Below are positions 36,769 to 49,839 of a stretch of DNA of 64,000 bases, in pieces. Made by a program: the position numbers and the translations under genes. A model generated the notes under the pieces. The model ran no database searches, was not told the origin of the DNA, and was given only the letters and a program-made list of their open reading frames with translations. Every line of letters starts with the position of its first letter. The stretch's first letter is position 1. Where the stretch lies: the NCBI RefSeq assembly GCF_001194135.2, contig NC_068982.1, forward strand, positions 9,609,540 through 9,673,539. The letters run 5' to 3'. The DNA is from Octopus bimaculoides (lineage: Eukaryota).

Positions 36769-38040
36769 TTAGGTCGTCAAGTATGAAATTTGTAGTAAGG
36801 TAAATGGGAAACTTAGACAGCTGCTCATTTGCGCCATTATCATATTTTGGCAATCTTTATTTTTTTGTTAGAAAGCTGACACATCTATTTATCCTAACTC
36901 ATCTTGCTCCTTATAAAGTATTTATTAATCGTTTTTTTTTTGTTATTTTTGTTTAAAGATGGATAAGTCGGAAAATCGTACAGTTTTGAAATAGGAGTTC
37001 TTTCTTGGAAATACAGCATCACAGATAACTCGGAATATTAATGGAGTATTTCCTTCTAATAGTATTACACAGCAAATTGGTTTGCAAAACCTCGTTCTGG
37101 TAACTTGGATCTAGCAAATAAGCAACGCTGTCAACCAGAAACAAAAGTGGATAATGACGAACTGAAAGCCACTGTCGGGTCAGATCCATCTCAAAGTGCC
37201 CGTGAATTATCGTTGTTGTTTGGTGTTAGCAAGCAAACAGTATTGACTCACCCAGTTCAAATCGGTAAAGTGAAAAAGTGGGATAAGTGGGTTCCACATG
37301 AACTCAATGAAAATCAGAAACAGCATCGTTTGGAAGCCTGCATTTCTCGCCACAAAAATGAATTATTTTTTAATCGAACTGTAACTTGTAATGAGAAATG
37401 GGTCCAATACAACAACCGTAAACGTTCAGCACAATGACTGGGCAAAGACAAGCCACCAAAACACAGTCCAAAAAGCAAAATTCATCAAAAAAGCTGATGG
37501 TGTGTGTTTGGTGGTCTGGCGCAGGTGTGATCCATTATGATTTCATTAAACCTGGCTCAAAAATTATGACCGAAGTATACTGCAGCCAACTGGACCAAAT
37601 GATGCAGAAACTTACAAACCCCCACCCCCAGCCTAGATTAGTCAACAGATCCACTCCTATTTTATTGCAAGACAACACCAGATCACACATCGCAAAAATG
37701 ACATTGGCGAAACTACAGGAGTTGGAGTTGGAAGTTCTCCATCATCCACCATACTCACCTGATCTTTTCCCCACTAACGACCACTTCTTCGAGAATTTGG
37801 ATAACTTTTTGATAGGCAAAAATTTAATTCCGACAATGCTGTAAAACAGGCCTTCCAAGATTTTATTGACTCTGGATTGCCAGTCTTTTACAGTTCCGAG
37901 TTGGACAAGCTACCATTGAAATTGCAAAAGTGTATTGCCAATATGGTACATACTTTGATTAATAAAACTATTCCTTGCATTTATAAAACATTAGCAAACT
38001 TTTTCTTTCTTTTCTTCAAATTACATACTTAACAACCTAA
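36769..38040 (+). mobile_element. Near-full-length (1272 bp) mariner element with a pseudogenised DD34D transposase
   Basis: TIRs TTAGGTCGTCAAGTATGAAATTTGTAG / revcomp TTAGGTTGTTAAGTATGTAATTTGAAG, TA on both sides; motifs WVPHEL, VTCNEKW, LLQDNTRSH, HPPYSPDLFPTN; stop at 37435 and frameshifts. Confidence 0.96.
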
Positions 38041-38042
38041 TA

Positions 38043-38460
38043 GCTTCGATCGGGTGCCAAATCTAAATTGTGAATAATCTCACTAGGACGTCATCTTTTA
38101 CACTGATCACCTTCTGTAACTAATAAATAGCGTTACCTTATTGCAAAACAAGGGGCCATTTGAGAGAATGGAAGTTTAGGAGACATATATGAATCTGTAA
38201 AATGAACACTTATCAAAGTATATAAGTGGCATACAAGATGTGAAGTTATTGAAGTGAATATGGAGCACACACATAATCGATTTTCCAAGAGCTTCACTTT
38301 CGCCTTAAAAGCACACATTATCACCGATAATACTGCGGAAATATATATTCAAGATTGAGTTATGATTTATTGCTATTAATTCAAAACTGCACATAGACAG
38401 GCTGATATTAATTTTTGACTCTCACTCATAAATTTTCGTGAAATTGTTTTAAAAGATCAT
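38043..38460 (+). mobile_element. Helitron helicase fossil, 3' part
   Basis: EVIEVN, IIDFPRASLSP (compare V.IPRI.L.P), FKIEL*FIAINS (compare FP.RLAFAMTINKS), SHS*IFV (compare SHGQLYV). Confidence 0.45.
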
Positions 38461-39534
38461 TCCTGCTTATAAATCTATACAAAACATAAACGTGAATAAT
38501 AAAAGTACATGATAGATTATGAGTTGATTAAAAGTAGTTAAATGTACTTTTTTATGATTTGCTTAATTTATTTATTAAATCTAGTTATTTGTTTATAAAT
38601 AATGCAATTTGTAGTCTATTACATATTTGTCTGACTTGTGAACATACTTGTATATGAGGCATTGTACGTGCAAGAATAATACTGACAAATTTCGCTATAA
38701 TTGCGATGAACTGATTTTAACTAAAGACACGCAGGAACTTTACAGATAACATTGTTATTCATTCTGTATGTAATGTATTACGTTTATTTCAGACGCGGCA
38801 ATATTAGCGATCTGGCGCCTCTATTGAATATGCCTAATCGCCAAAATTGGCGCCGAATATTTCTTACTTGAACAACAGTACGAGCGCTAGTAAGTGTCTA
38901 CATGATTTGCTGCACCTATGATTTGGAAAGAACAAATCAATTATAGCATTGATTGTTATTAATTCAGAATGTCCAAGTTAGGTCACCTACACGAAATCAA
39001 ATTTACATTCTCTTGATTTATTTGCACCCAAACCAGCTTCATATTTTCTATGTGATGAGTTGAATAATAAACTGGGACGTAGCGAAATATCAGGCAATGA
39101 GCTTGAGTCAGATCACAGAGAGGACTGCAATGAACTACATGATTTAAGCTTGACCAAAGAAACTAAAGTGAACTCCTAGCATTTTGTCTAAAGCAATGGA
39201 AAGTATTTGCCCGAGGAAATAACTGATTATCGAACGATAATCAGCAATGTTTCTTTTACAACATTACTGGATTGTAGCATTATTTGGTATTATTTGCGTT
39301 TAGCAATGACTGGAAACTGTAAGAAAATTATGAAACTTTCCTTCAAATTATATCTAGTAGTTTATTTTATATTCTAACTGAAATTTGTATGTGTCTAATT
39401 TTTATAATTAAGCATTTTAATTCATTTAAAGTCGGATTATAGTAAGTAATCAGTGGGATTTACAAACGCAGTAAGCATAACATAAACAAGGAATTGTTTC
39501 AAAGACAAGTCATAATTCTCGGTAATTATGATAC

Positions 39535-39740
39535 TGGCTTCAAATGTTGGCACAAGGCTAGTAATTTCGAGAGAAGCGGTAAGTCGATTACATCGACCCC
39601 GGTGCTCAACTGGCTTTTGTCTTACTGACCCCCCCCCCCAACAAAAAAAAACGGTAAAGTCGACCTCGGCGGAATTTGAACTCAGAACGTAGATAAGTAT
39701 TTTGCCCGACGTGCAAATGATTCAGCCACTTTACCGCCAT
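39535..39740 (-). mobile_element. SINE family A
   Basis: Core AAAGTCGACCTCGGCGGAATTTGAACTCAGAACG. Confidence 0.85.
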
Positions 39741-39839
39741 TGTCGGTAATTATATTAAGTATCGACAACTGATACAAAAGCACTTCTTTCTTCTCTCTTT
39801 CATATTGACGTTGGTATTCACTTGTAGTTCATCCATGTT

Positions 39840-40260
39840 CGAGATAAGGATTCATGAACATTTTCCTTCTCAAACGCAAACTCCTGCTTCATTCTGACGC
39901 GAAAATTCAAAGTGGTGTCCTTTATAGTCCTCAGATATGTACTTACTTTGGTGGTCCGTTTTCTCACGTTTTATGCAAAATAAACTGGATACTAGGGATT
40001 TATTTAAAGAACTTTTATTTTTGGAGGGAAACAATTACACATATCACTATGAGTAAAATGTACATAATTTGCCAGGCAGAATAAGATTAGATGTTAAATT
40101 TGTGCTTTCACTGTTTATTTTCCCATGGAAGACTTAATGACATAACGGAAGAGAACATGGTAAAACGTTTCAGCAGAACAGTTCTTCCATTGATAAAATT
40201 CATCAAGAAAATGATCAAACGCAATGTTTGCTGGCTGCGACTGGAATAAGCAGCATGACG
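39840..40260 (+). mobile_element. Possible Helitron Rep (5' part) fossil
   Basis: GVLYSPQICTYFGGP (compare ILPSSF.GGPR), THITMS (compare LFITMT), MVKRFSRTVLPLIKFIKK (compare V.RVF..KL..L..FI.K). Confidence 0.4.
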
Positions 40261-40349
40261 CATCTAAGTAAAAATTTCGCTGAGTTTAATCTTGCATTTT
40301 ATCCTTTCGCGGTCGATAAATAAAGTATCACTTTAGTAATGGTGTCAAT

Positions 40350-40412
<63 letters not shown>

Positions 40413-40519
40413 ACACACTTTCACACACAAACATACACACCTCAGTCTTCTCTCCATGCGCGTGATAAAATTATCAGCTTGGTCATTTCTGGAGAGTCAT
40501 GGACTGCACTAGGTTTAAA

Positions 40520-40945
40520 TGTAGGCGTAGGTTTGTAGTAAGTAGTTTGCTTCCCAATCCCATGGTTCTGGTTTCAGTCCCACTGTGCGCCACCTTGGAC
40601 ATGTGTTTTCTACTATAGTCTCAGGTCGATCAAATCCTTGTGAATGGATATGGTATACGGAAACTGAAAGAAGCCCGTCGTGTGTGTGCGTGTACGCGCG
40701 CGTGCGCGCGCGTGTGTGTGTATGTATGTATCTTTGTGTCTGTGGTTGTTAATCACCATGACTTGACAACCGCTGTTGGTGTGTTTACGCCATCCGTAAC
40801 CCTGAGCGGTTTGGCAAAAAAAGACCGATAGTAAAAGTACCAGAATTAAAAGAAAAAGAATTAATGCTGGGGTTGATTCATTCGACTAAAACTCTTCAAT
40901 GGCCGCAATCAGATGGCTGAAACAAGTAAAAACTAAAGGATAAAG
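40520..40945 (+). mobile_element. SINE family F
   Basis: Head, core, internal (GT/GC)n and tail. Confidence 0.88.
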
Positions 40946-41036
40946 ATACATCATATTCTATGACGGCACCAGTACAAGTCTACAAGAACTTGGAACTTCA
41001 TGAACGGAAAGAAAATAGCTAAAAGTAGAAGCTGAA

Positions 41037-41225
41037 TTGGAGAAAAGGTTGTTTGCCAACATAACATGGCAGTCCTGGTTTAGGATGAATGTTACTGTAG
41101 TTTAGCGTCAGGAGACATCGTCTCCAGCTGGCTATACGACACGATGTCTCCTGGGGCTAAATTACAGCAACATTCATCCTAAACCAGGACTGCCATGTTA
41201 TGTTGTGAAACAACCTTTACTCCAA
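41037..41225. repeat. 189-bp fold-back element (85-bp arms, 19-nt loop)
   Basis: 41037-41121 versus revcomp of 41141-41225 match at 78/85 positions. Confidence 0.93.
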
Positions 41226-42199
41226 AGTATTGTTGCTGAATATCTCTCGTTGTGAGAAGCTGAATTGTTGGAATATCATGGAATACCTTTCGTTACATTT
41301 TGCTTATAGACGAAAACCTGATTGACGTAAATAATTTAATCGCTTGTAAAAACATTTAAACTTTCATAAGGTAAAATATAGTATTCGGAATTGATGAAAC
41401 GTTGGTCGTCTTTATCATACACAAATCGAAATATTAAAATGAAGTTTTATTATAGTTTTCAGTGAGCGTAAAACCTAATTTCAAATTTTTCAAATATGCA
41501 TTTGTATAAAATGTCGTTCTTCGACCTTGTTACGTTAAGTTTGTCGGATATTGTAGGGTATTTTGTCGGATATTGTAATATATTATCTAACCAAGCAACA
41601 TGAGAGCAATAACTGTTCTTAGCCGGTGATTTGTAGCTGTTCAGATTTTACATAGCTTAAGCCTCACTCAATCAGACGTCTAAGCAAAAGAGTCCCAACT
41701 GTGACCATATAGTGAAGTCCAAATCAGTATAAAATTTGAAGGCAAGTCAGCTGATTTTCTAATAGGTCGAGTGACTACGCTACGTAGAGAATTTCTCATT
41801 ACATCGATCATTCAGAGAATATTGGATATCATGAAAAGGACAGAATTTAAATTATTATTCCGAAATCTATGCTGCATATAAATCCCAGGTAACAATTGTG
41901 TGCTATAAATGCATGCATTGGAGATAAAAGAACATTAATATTGGTAAGCATTCAGTTCGGTGTTTAGCTCACACGAATTTCAAAATGATATAGATATATA
42001 TGTACGGCATTTTAGGATTAATATGTATGGCATTTTAGGAACGTAATGTTACGACATCGTAACATTAATCCTTTCTAAAAGAAGTTACGAATATTAATAG
42101 GAACTAATATCGGTCTGTATTTATTCCTACCTATCGTATTCTCTGCTAAAGACGATTTCCTAGAAGGTTGAATCGATAAACATATATAATAGTTAAGAT

Positions 42200-42480
42200 T
42201 GTAGTCTTATTGTTACCATGTGCTTTCATTGCATTACCGAGCGTAGTTCTATGTGCCTTGAGTAGGTGCTGTTGTTTGTTATAATGCTCTTATTGTTACT
42301 GTATTGAAAACGCTTTACATAGGATGTGTGCGGTACCTAGTAGTGCTATTTTCTGTATGTTATATGCGCTTGTAAGTCTTGGTATTTTGGTTATGTATTT
42401 GTCTGAATGCTTTTTTTTATTTTGGTATCATACTTAATTCACCTATTATTAAAGGAATTGTTTCTGTTTTTAGGCTCTAC
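42200..42480 (-). mobile_element. 3' end of an RLE-type non-LTR retrotransposon (R4/Dong-like)
   Basis: IQKIALLGTAHIL C-terminus and the same 3' UTR as 43430-43935. Confidence 0.8.
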
Positions 42481-42487
42481 AATTGGG

Positions 42488-42532
<45 letters not shown>

Positions 42533-43400
42533 GCCTCTTTATCACAGGTTCTGTTGGAGCTCCTGAAGTCTTGCATGCGCATCGGCCTTACTACCTGCAG
42601 CCTACGGCACCCTGTTATTTGCTCTTTTCAGCTATCTAATATTTTACTGATTATTCTGGCCTGGGTCAATGAGCAAAACTTTTGTAACTGTTCTACTAGG
42701 CATTTTACTCCAATCTCCTTTATATTCCTCTTGATGCCTTCTGCTATTATCTCCAAGGACCCAACAATAATTGCACTATCTTCACATTCTTTATTTACCA
42801 TAGTTAGGTTATTTCGTACTGAAGAGGGTGGTATCTATCTATCTTATCGCTTTCCTTCTCGACTATTCGTGGGTCAAAGGGGCATGCAGCATCAATTATA
42901 TAGCATATATAGTACACCTTGTCCGCTACCACCACCAAGTCCGGTCTGTTATGCTCTTGCGCCTGATCTGTTTCGATTGGAAAATCCCAGGGGATTTTGC
43001 TAATCTCCAACTCCGTCACTCTCTGCGGTTTGTGCTCATATCACGTCTTACCTCCCTAAAACCCCCACTTTTCGCACAGTTTCCAGTGGAGCACTTTCGC
43101 TACCTTGTCGTGTCGCCACACCTTGTAGTAGTCTTGGGCAATTCTATTATTCGTGATATAAGCAGTGGTTTTCATCTACTCTATTGCAGATTCGGCACAG
43201 CGGAGACACTTCTTCATTCCTAAGGTTGACCATCCAATTCGTGGCCAAAGCTTGGTTTTGCACTGTCACTATAGTGCCCTCAGTCTCTCCCTTTTTTAGT
43301 GTTCTTTTCATCAGTCAATCCCACCTATCTTCCAGCAACTTCTGTTGTGGCTACACGGAATTAATTGTGTAATCCCTTCTTGCGTAGTTCTTCATGACCA
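42533..43400 (-). mobile_element. RLE-type LINE fragment (second subfamily) ending in an (AAT)n tail
   Basis: IPWDFPIETDQAQEHNRPDLVVV...IIDAACPFD...KIDRY, a PD-(D/E)xK restriction-like endonuclease. Confidence 0.88.
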
Positions 43401-43429
43401 TTTTGTACTTGTTGTTGTTGTTGTTGTTA

Positions 43430-43935
43430 TTCAGTTGTCTTATTTTTATCACGTGTTTTCACTGCACTACCGAGCACAGTTCTGTGTGCCTTGGCTATGT
43501 GCTTTGGTTTCTTGTGATGTTCTCATTTTTATAGTATTGAAAGTGTTTTACGTAGGATATGTGCGGTGCCTAGTAGTGCTATTTTCTGTATGTTATATAT
43601 ATTTGTTAGTCCTGGTGTTTTTGTTATGTATTTGTCTGAATCTTTTTCTATCACACCTAATGCGCCTAGCATTGTAGGAATTGTTTCTGCTTTTAGACTC
43701 CACATTCGAGTTACTTTTATTTTTGTATTTTGAAAGCTTCTGTGTTTCTTTTAGAGAAACATTGTCATCTGTTGGTATTGATACATCAATTAGAAAACAT
43801 TTTGTTCTCTTGATGATCTCTGACAACTATATCCAGCCTATTGGCCTTAATTTCTCTATCTGTGTGCATTCACATATCTCATTTTCTGTGAACTTTTCTG
43901 GCATGTACCTATACCATCTATTTCCTGTTGTTATT
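43430..43935 (-). mobile_element. RLE-type LINE fragment with an (AAC)n tail
   Basis: TDREIKANRLDI..; FLIDVSIPTDDNVSLKETQKLSKYK; QKIALLGTAHILRK. Confidence 0.88.
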
Positions 43936-44247
43936 CCATAGTGTTGGCACAGCTTCCAGTGTACTGTCATCATCATCATCATCATTTACTATCAGTCACT
44001 TTCCTTCGCCATATTGTCTCTGATGTTTACTGTCACCTTCCTTTTCACTTTATTGCGTTCGTCACTACTTCTTACCCAGAAGGCAATTCTGTATTCTACA
44101 TTTTCTTTCTGAACTATGCTAACTCCCGCTGTAATTTAGTCTTTTCTATGTTGTTCAAGAATTATTAGTGGAACAAATTTCTAGTATCCCTTCTCCTCTT
44201 AGCGTTACTTGCGATCGTTCACGTTAATTACATTATTTACATTTGAC

Positions 44248-44318
44248 GGGCATATGGCGTAGTGGTTAAGAGCGCGGACTATTAACACCCAAATTCCGAG
44301 TTCTATTCCAAGCAGTGA

Positions 44319-44403
<85 letters not shown>
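44248..44403 (+). mobile_element. tRNA-like head C plus (AAT)n, preceded by the inverted tail of module B
   Basis: GGGCATATGGCGTAGTGGTTAAGAGCGCGG...GAGTTCTATTCC; upstream TTACATTATTTACATTTGACGG is the reverse complement of the module B tail. Confidence 0.85.
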
Positions 44404-44404
<1 letters not shown>

Positions 44405-44405
<1 letters not shown>

Positions 44406-45270
44406 TCACATCGCACTCCTCTGGAACTTCACCATTCAAACTGACAGAAAGATAGACGCAAATAGTCCAGACATCATACTGAAAGACTTCAGACAAAATT
44501 CATGCCTCCTCATTGATATGATTGTCCCAATCGATATAAACGTATCTGTCCAGACCTACCAAAAACTGAGCAAATATAGAGATCTTGAAATAGAAATTAG
44601 CAAAATTTGGAACTTGAAGNNNNNNNNNNNNNNNNNNNNNNNNNNNNNNNNNNNNNNNNNNNNNNNNNNNNNNNNNNNNNNNNNNNNNNNNNNNNNNNNN
44701 NNNNNNNNNNNNNNNNNNNNNNNNNNNNNNNNNNNNNNNNNNNNNNNNNNNNNNNNNNNNNNNNNNNNNNNNNNNNNNNNNNNNNNNNNNNNNNNNNNNN
44801 NNNNNNNNNNNNNNNNNNNNNNNNNNNNNNNNNNNNNNNNNNNNNNNNNNNNNNNNNNNNNNNNNNNNNNNNNNNNNNNNNNNNNNNNNNNNNNNNNNNN
44901 NNNNNNNNNNNNNNNNNNNNNNNNNNNNNNNNNNNNNNNNNNNNNNNNNNNNNNNNNNNNNNNNNNNNNNNNNNNNNNNNNNNNNNNNNNNNNNNNNNNN
45001 NNNNNNNNNNNNNNNNNNNNNNNNNNNNNNNNNNNNNNNNNNNNNNNNNNNNNNNNNNNNNNNNNNNNNNNNNNNNNNNNNNNNNNNNNNNNNNNNNNNN
45101 NNNNNNNNNNNNNNNNNNNNNNNNNNNNNNNNNNNNNNNNNNNNNNNNNNNNNNNNNNNNNNNNNNNNNNNNNNNNNNNNNNNNNNNNNNNNNNNNNNNN
45201 NNNNNNNNNNNNNNNNNNNNNNNNAAGTGAAAGCACGTTATAAAAATAAAACTACTGAATAATAATAATA
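44405..45270 (+). mobile_element. RLE-type LINE fragment spanning a gap
   Basis: LWNFTIQTDRKIDANSPDIILKD...LIDMIVPID...KLSKYRDLEIEI; matching 3' UTR GTGAAAGCACGTTATAAAAATAAAACTACTGAATAAT after the gap. Confidence 0.85.
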
Positions 45271-45282
45271 ATAATAATAACA

Positions 45283-45445
45283 ACATCATCGAAAAATACC
45301 TTAGGAATGAGAACCCTGGTTCGAAATTTCCCCCAAGACATCTGGTGAAGGCTGGAGGGTATATCAGCCGAAACGTTGTGTTAACAAGAAACAAGATGAT
45401 GACAAAATAATGTACATGATTCCTCATCTCTTAAATATAGAACAA
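45283..45445 (+). mobile_element. Module B directly behind a LINE (AAT)n tail; hammerhead core mutated (CTGGTGA)
   Basis: GACAT CTGGTGA A GGCTG..CAGCC GAAA CGTT GTGTT at 45337-45382. Confidence 0.88.
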
Positions 45446-46586
45446 TATTTCGTTTACCTGTTTGTTTGGGTAGAAAGAACTCAACATCCTACATATTTTC
45501 CGTGGCTTGCTGCGCATCTAAAGTCAACCATTATCTAACAATTTGAATGTTACTGTTACCATAAAGGTGGAAAGATGTTTAAATGAAGTTTCAGAATCGG
45601 TGTATCAATTTCTGAAGTAATGTTGCTACAGAAAGGTAAATATTAGAGTGTTTGTGGATGAGATGAGTATGCAGATGGTTACCAAACTGGGTCGTGTGGT
45701 AATTGCTTTTACGAATCGAGCAGGAGAATAAAACTGAAACGAGTGTTGCATTCAGTGACGGCTAATGTCTTGTGATTCGTTAGTGTTTAGAACAAGCTAC
45801 TGGACTAGCAATTGGTTGTTATCTTCAAACAATGGCTTTGTTAGAACAGTTATAGAATTAACTGTATGTTTTTCTCAATTTAATTATTTCTGCACTTTCT
45901 TAAAATTGATTTCTTTATAATTGGAGGTTCTATTTGTGGCTTTTATGCATGCATGTCTAAACTGATTCATTGAATAACACCAAGAGTCCTTTCAGCTGAA
46001 AAGTAATTTTAAGTTTGATCATTTCTATAGTTTGTTATTAATTATTTGTTATTGACTGGCGATTTTATTTGTGACTTGGAAACTGAATATAATAAATGAG
46101 TTTATTGAATAATGCTACTCTCTTAATTAGAACTATTTAATTATAAAAAGACATTCATTTATTATTCTTTCTCTCAGTTGGTAACTTTAGAGACTCTAGA
46201 TATTTTTAACACCATTTCTTTCGATTTTGGTTTTGTTGCAATTTAAGAATTACTGATTTTTCTAATTCCACTGGTATAAAGAATTACTGATTTTCAAAAA
46301 TCCACGGGTATATTTTGAAAATCTCTTGAATGTTGGGGGTTAGCATTTTCATTTTATGAACCACTTTGGTAAGAACCATAGCCCCAAAAGTGTCCACTGT
46401 GGAGGAGAGATGCACATTATAAAGACTATAAAGTTTGAGTATAATTTTTAGTGCTATCTTCTAACTGTTCTCATAGATTGTTACTTTGCGTGTGGTAATA
46501 ATATCCACACTAAGATCCCTCTCATTTTACAATTATTATGTTCACTTCTACACTATATTTGCATGTGTGCAAGCAAGAACTTAATA

Positions 46587-46800
46587 TTCTTTTCTACACT
46601 AGAAACAAGGCCTGAAATTGTTGGGGAGGCGGCCATTCAATTAGATCCACCCCAGTACGCAACTGGTATTTGATTTATGGACCCCGAAAGATGAAAAGCA
46701 AAGTCGACTTCGGCGGAATTTGAACTCAGAACGTAAAGACAGACAAAATACCGCTAAGCATTTTGCTCGGCGTGCTAACGTTTCTGCCAGCCCACCGCCT
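46587..46800 (-). mobile_element. SINE family A
   Basis: Full core and head. Confidence 0.9.
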
Positions 46801-46929
46801 TGTCGAGAAATAAGCGAAATGAATGGCGCAAATCGTGAAGGCATAAAAATCACCAAGCCACTCTGTAAGTAGGTTGAATTCGTCAGGAAAATAGCTTAGA
46901 GACAATGATATGGGAGGAAGAAAACATAA

Positions 46930-48140
46930 CGGGTACAAACCCGGGAGTGCTGTAATCTATGGTGAATTTTCTCGCTTTTAAATAACTGTCGACCCAGAAG
47001 ATTCTACAAGTTGTTTGACGTTGCTGCCTTATTTCTAAATAAGCCATCCAGTGCTGGTTAGTTAAACTATATTAGCGTAGATCTTAATACGATCCTTAGC
47101 GACTCTTTTCCTGTCATGGAAATGGCTTATAACTTGATTCTAAACTGGAAGTGTACCGGTTACTGCAAAAAAACTTTCTTTGCAATGAGTCTACTATACA
47201 ACAAACAAAACAAAAATATGCAATAAAAAAATAACAATCTGTAAAACAAAAGCAAGTATATTATAGAAATTTGCTTGAAGTGTAAGGATAAAAGTAAGAG
47301 TAAAAAGACTCACAATATTTACAAAAGTTTGGAAAATTTACCAAAATAGTTCCAACTTTGTATAAAATGTCACAGCATTGAAATATATAACATTATACGT
47401 AGTACATATTTGTATTTTACAAACCAATGCACTCACCTGTCACTTCTAGTCGTAATGTTGTTGTTTTTTTGTCAGGAAAATAACTTTTTTCGTTGTGGGT
47501 TTCTTTGTATTTATGAGTGAATTTAATGTTGTACGAACAGATGGCTGTGTTAGAATTATTTACACCAATAGAATGATTTTAAATTTAGTCAATATGGCGA
47601 GATAAATTGTGAAGAGCAGGAAAAACAACAGCGTCTATGTTTAATGAAGTACAAAAAGTCGTCCATGACCAGGAGAAATATCTCAGTAGATATACCTCGA
47701 GGAAGCAGGCAGAGGAACAAGACGGAATTCTGAACAGAATAACATTGATTGCCTTAGTTCTAATAATTCTTCATTAGAGTCTTGTACGGTAGGGATATCT
47801 TCAAAGCTTAACATCTGTTTCAAGACGGAAAGTAACAATGTTAACTCTCAGTCTATAAGGGGTTAAATCTTGAGTTGAGATATTCATGTTGAATTGACGA
47901 GTACTTCGTATTCTTTGAAAAAGCTATTAATATAATCAGCCAGAAATTCATTCGCTGATCTTATTTTCCTTAATGTATAGATTCTACAGATAATATTGAT
48001 ATCAACCAGTAGACAGATCAAATATATGTGCGGATAGAATCACGTGAAATTGTTTTTCAATTTCAAAAGTTCATTAGGTGACACATAAATTCTATCATTG
48101 TTATCATCGTTATCTAGAATGGCAAAGTTGTTGCTTTGGT
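46930..48140 (+). mobile_element. Helitron Rep (3' part) fossil
   Basis: IYGEFSR..VDPED (compare ISAEIPD..DP), KCTGY, in-frame TNRWLC*NYLHQ*NDFKFSQYGEINCE at 47533-47613 (compare DNRWVVPYN..L...F.AHINVE), *NGKVV (compare ENGQRV). Confidence 0.5.
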
Positions 48141-48275
48141 GGCATTTTTTATGATATATTTCTGAGAGCTGATCTGACGGACCAAATTTATTGTCATCAA
48201 TTAGCGCGATCCTACTAAAATGACGGCTTTCAGAGTTCTCTTAAGCACACGCGCGCGCATACACACTCACACTTT

Positions 48276-48314
<39 letters not shown>

Positions 48315-49051
48315 TCTCAAACATGCACAGATATACATACAAACATATATTTCTGTGTGTATATGTGTATCCTTCATCTTTTATTTATTTCAGTCATTGG
48401 ACTGCGGCCATGCTGGGGCACTGTCTTGGAAAGTTTTTGTCGAACGAATCCGCGACAGAATGTTTTACCGTTCAGGGGTAATGTGGCCTGCCTCTTACAT
48501 ACATACACAATCACGCACAGACAGACGCATACACATAACAGACACACCATGCACGTGCGCCATCAAACACATTCAAGTAGAAATATATGCACACATACAG
48601 ATACATACACAAACTCAAGAAGTATAGACAGACACACACATTATCATAGTTTCACATATATGTATAGATGCAGCCCTCACATATTTATAAGCCCTCGCCC
48701 GATTATGAATACGCAAAGTAACGTTACACATAGATACATTAACATATAAATAGTCCGGCGCATAATCACGCATTCATGAACACCTTTGACACATATAATA
48801 AAACATATAATAATGAATACCTTTGACCCACATAATAAACCGCTTGAGCCCTCTCATACCTGGGCCGCTTAACTTAACCCTTTGCCTGGGCTGCTAAGCT
48901 TAAAAAACACAAGTAGTTAAATATAAAGATCAAGAGTAACGATTGCAGGCAAACTGATGAAGAGAATCGGTTGCATCTTGGTTTTTTTCTTACGAGAGTT
49001 GTTTTTTACCGCTTTACTGGGAATCCAACAGAGATTATGTTTAGACTATTT

Positions 49052-49105
<54 letters not shown>

Positions 49106-49667
49106 AAATGCAATAAGGTGTGTGCGGTTATCTATGGCAACAAAAGAACTCTAAAGAAGAAAAAAAGATAATCACTATGTTGTAGGCATTATACGTTTAA
49201 ACTAATAAAATATTAAACAGGTTCTTTTAATAAGCAATTTTGTCTATGCTCGACTAAATTATATTCAAGTATGTCAAATAAATATGATTGAAAGAAGGGC
49301 CAAGTTGCCGCAGTATGTTTAAAACTGAATGAAGTTAGTTTGAGATATTTCTTTCAAAGGAACTAAAGATTAATAATTAATTCAGTAAATTACTTCAGAT
49401 TATTTATTGATTATATTGTTGCGGAGATAAAACATTTCGTTGGGCTTTGAATATTTAATATTTTGAAGAGTAAGAACAGCATTAAGTTGTGAAACTAAAC
49501 GACAGATATTTAAGTAAGTCTTCTGTGTAGAAAAATTATGTGTAAATATCGATGAAGCATATCAGTTTATATATACGATAATCTTTGAAACAATGTGCTA
49601 CGTGGAGACAGAGAATAGAATTAGTATATGTGTATGTATGTGTATGTGCTTGTATGTATGTATTTAT

Positions 49668-49716
<49 letters not shown>

Positions 49717-49839
49717 CATATATATATATATACATATGTATATAATTGTATCATTTAATCAACCAAGCATTCATACCTCGCTGGTCAAGGGGTTCTTCTA
49801 AGTCTTTCTTGTCCGCACCTCCCTTTTCTATCTTCGTCT

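Noticed and set aside
45450-46100. Possible minus-strand Helitron piece (TSFKHLST, IYLSVATLL)
   Set aside because: Only two weak motifs, too little to call
46245-46312. 34-bp imperfect tandem duplication (similar short duplications at 41551-41578 and about 48775-48840)
   Set aside because: Ordinary slippage products with no further structure
48954-48975. Other CTGATGA/CTGAAGA hits (17955, 19970, 33690, 43305, 48954, 56726)
   Set aside because: No helix II plus GAAA plus NUH layout, so these are not hammerheads
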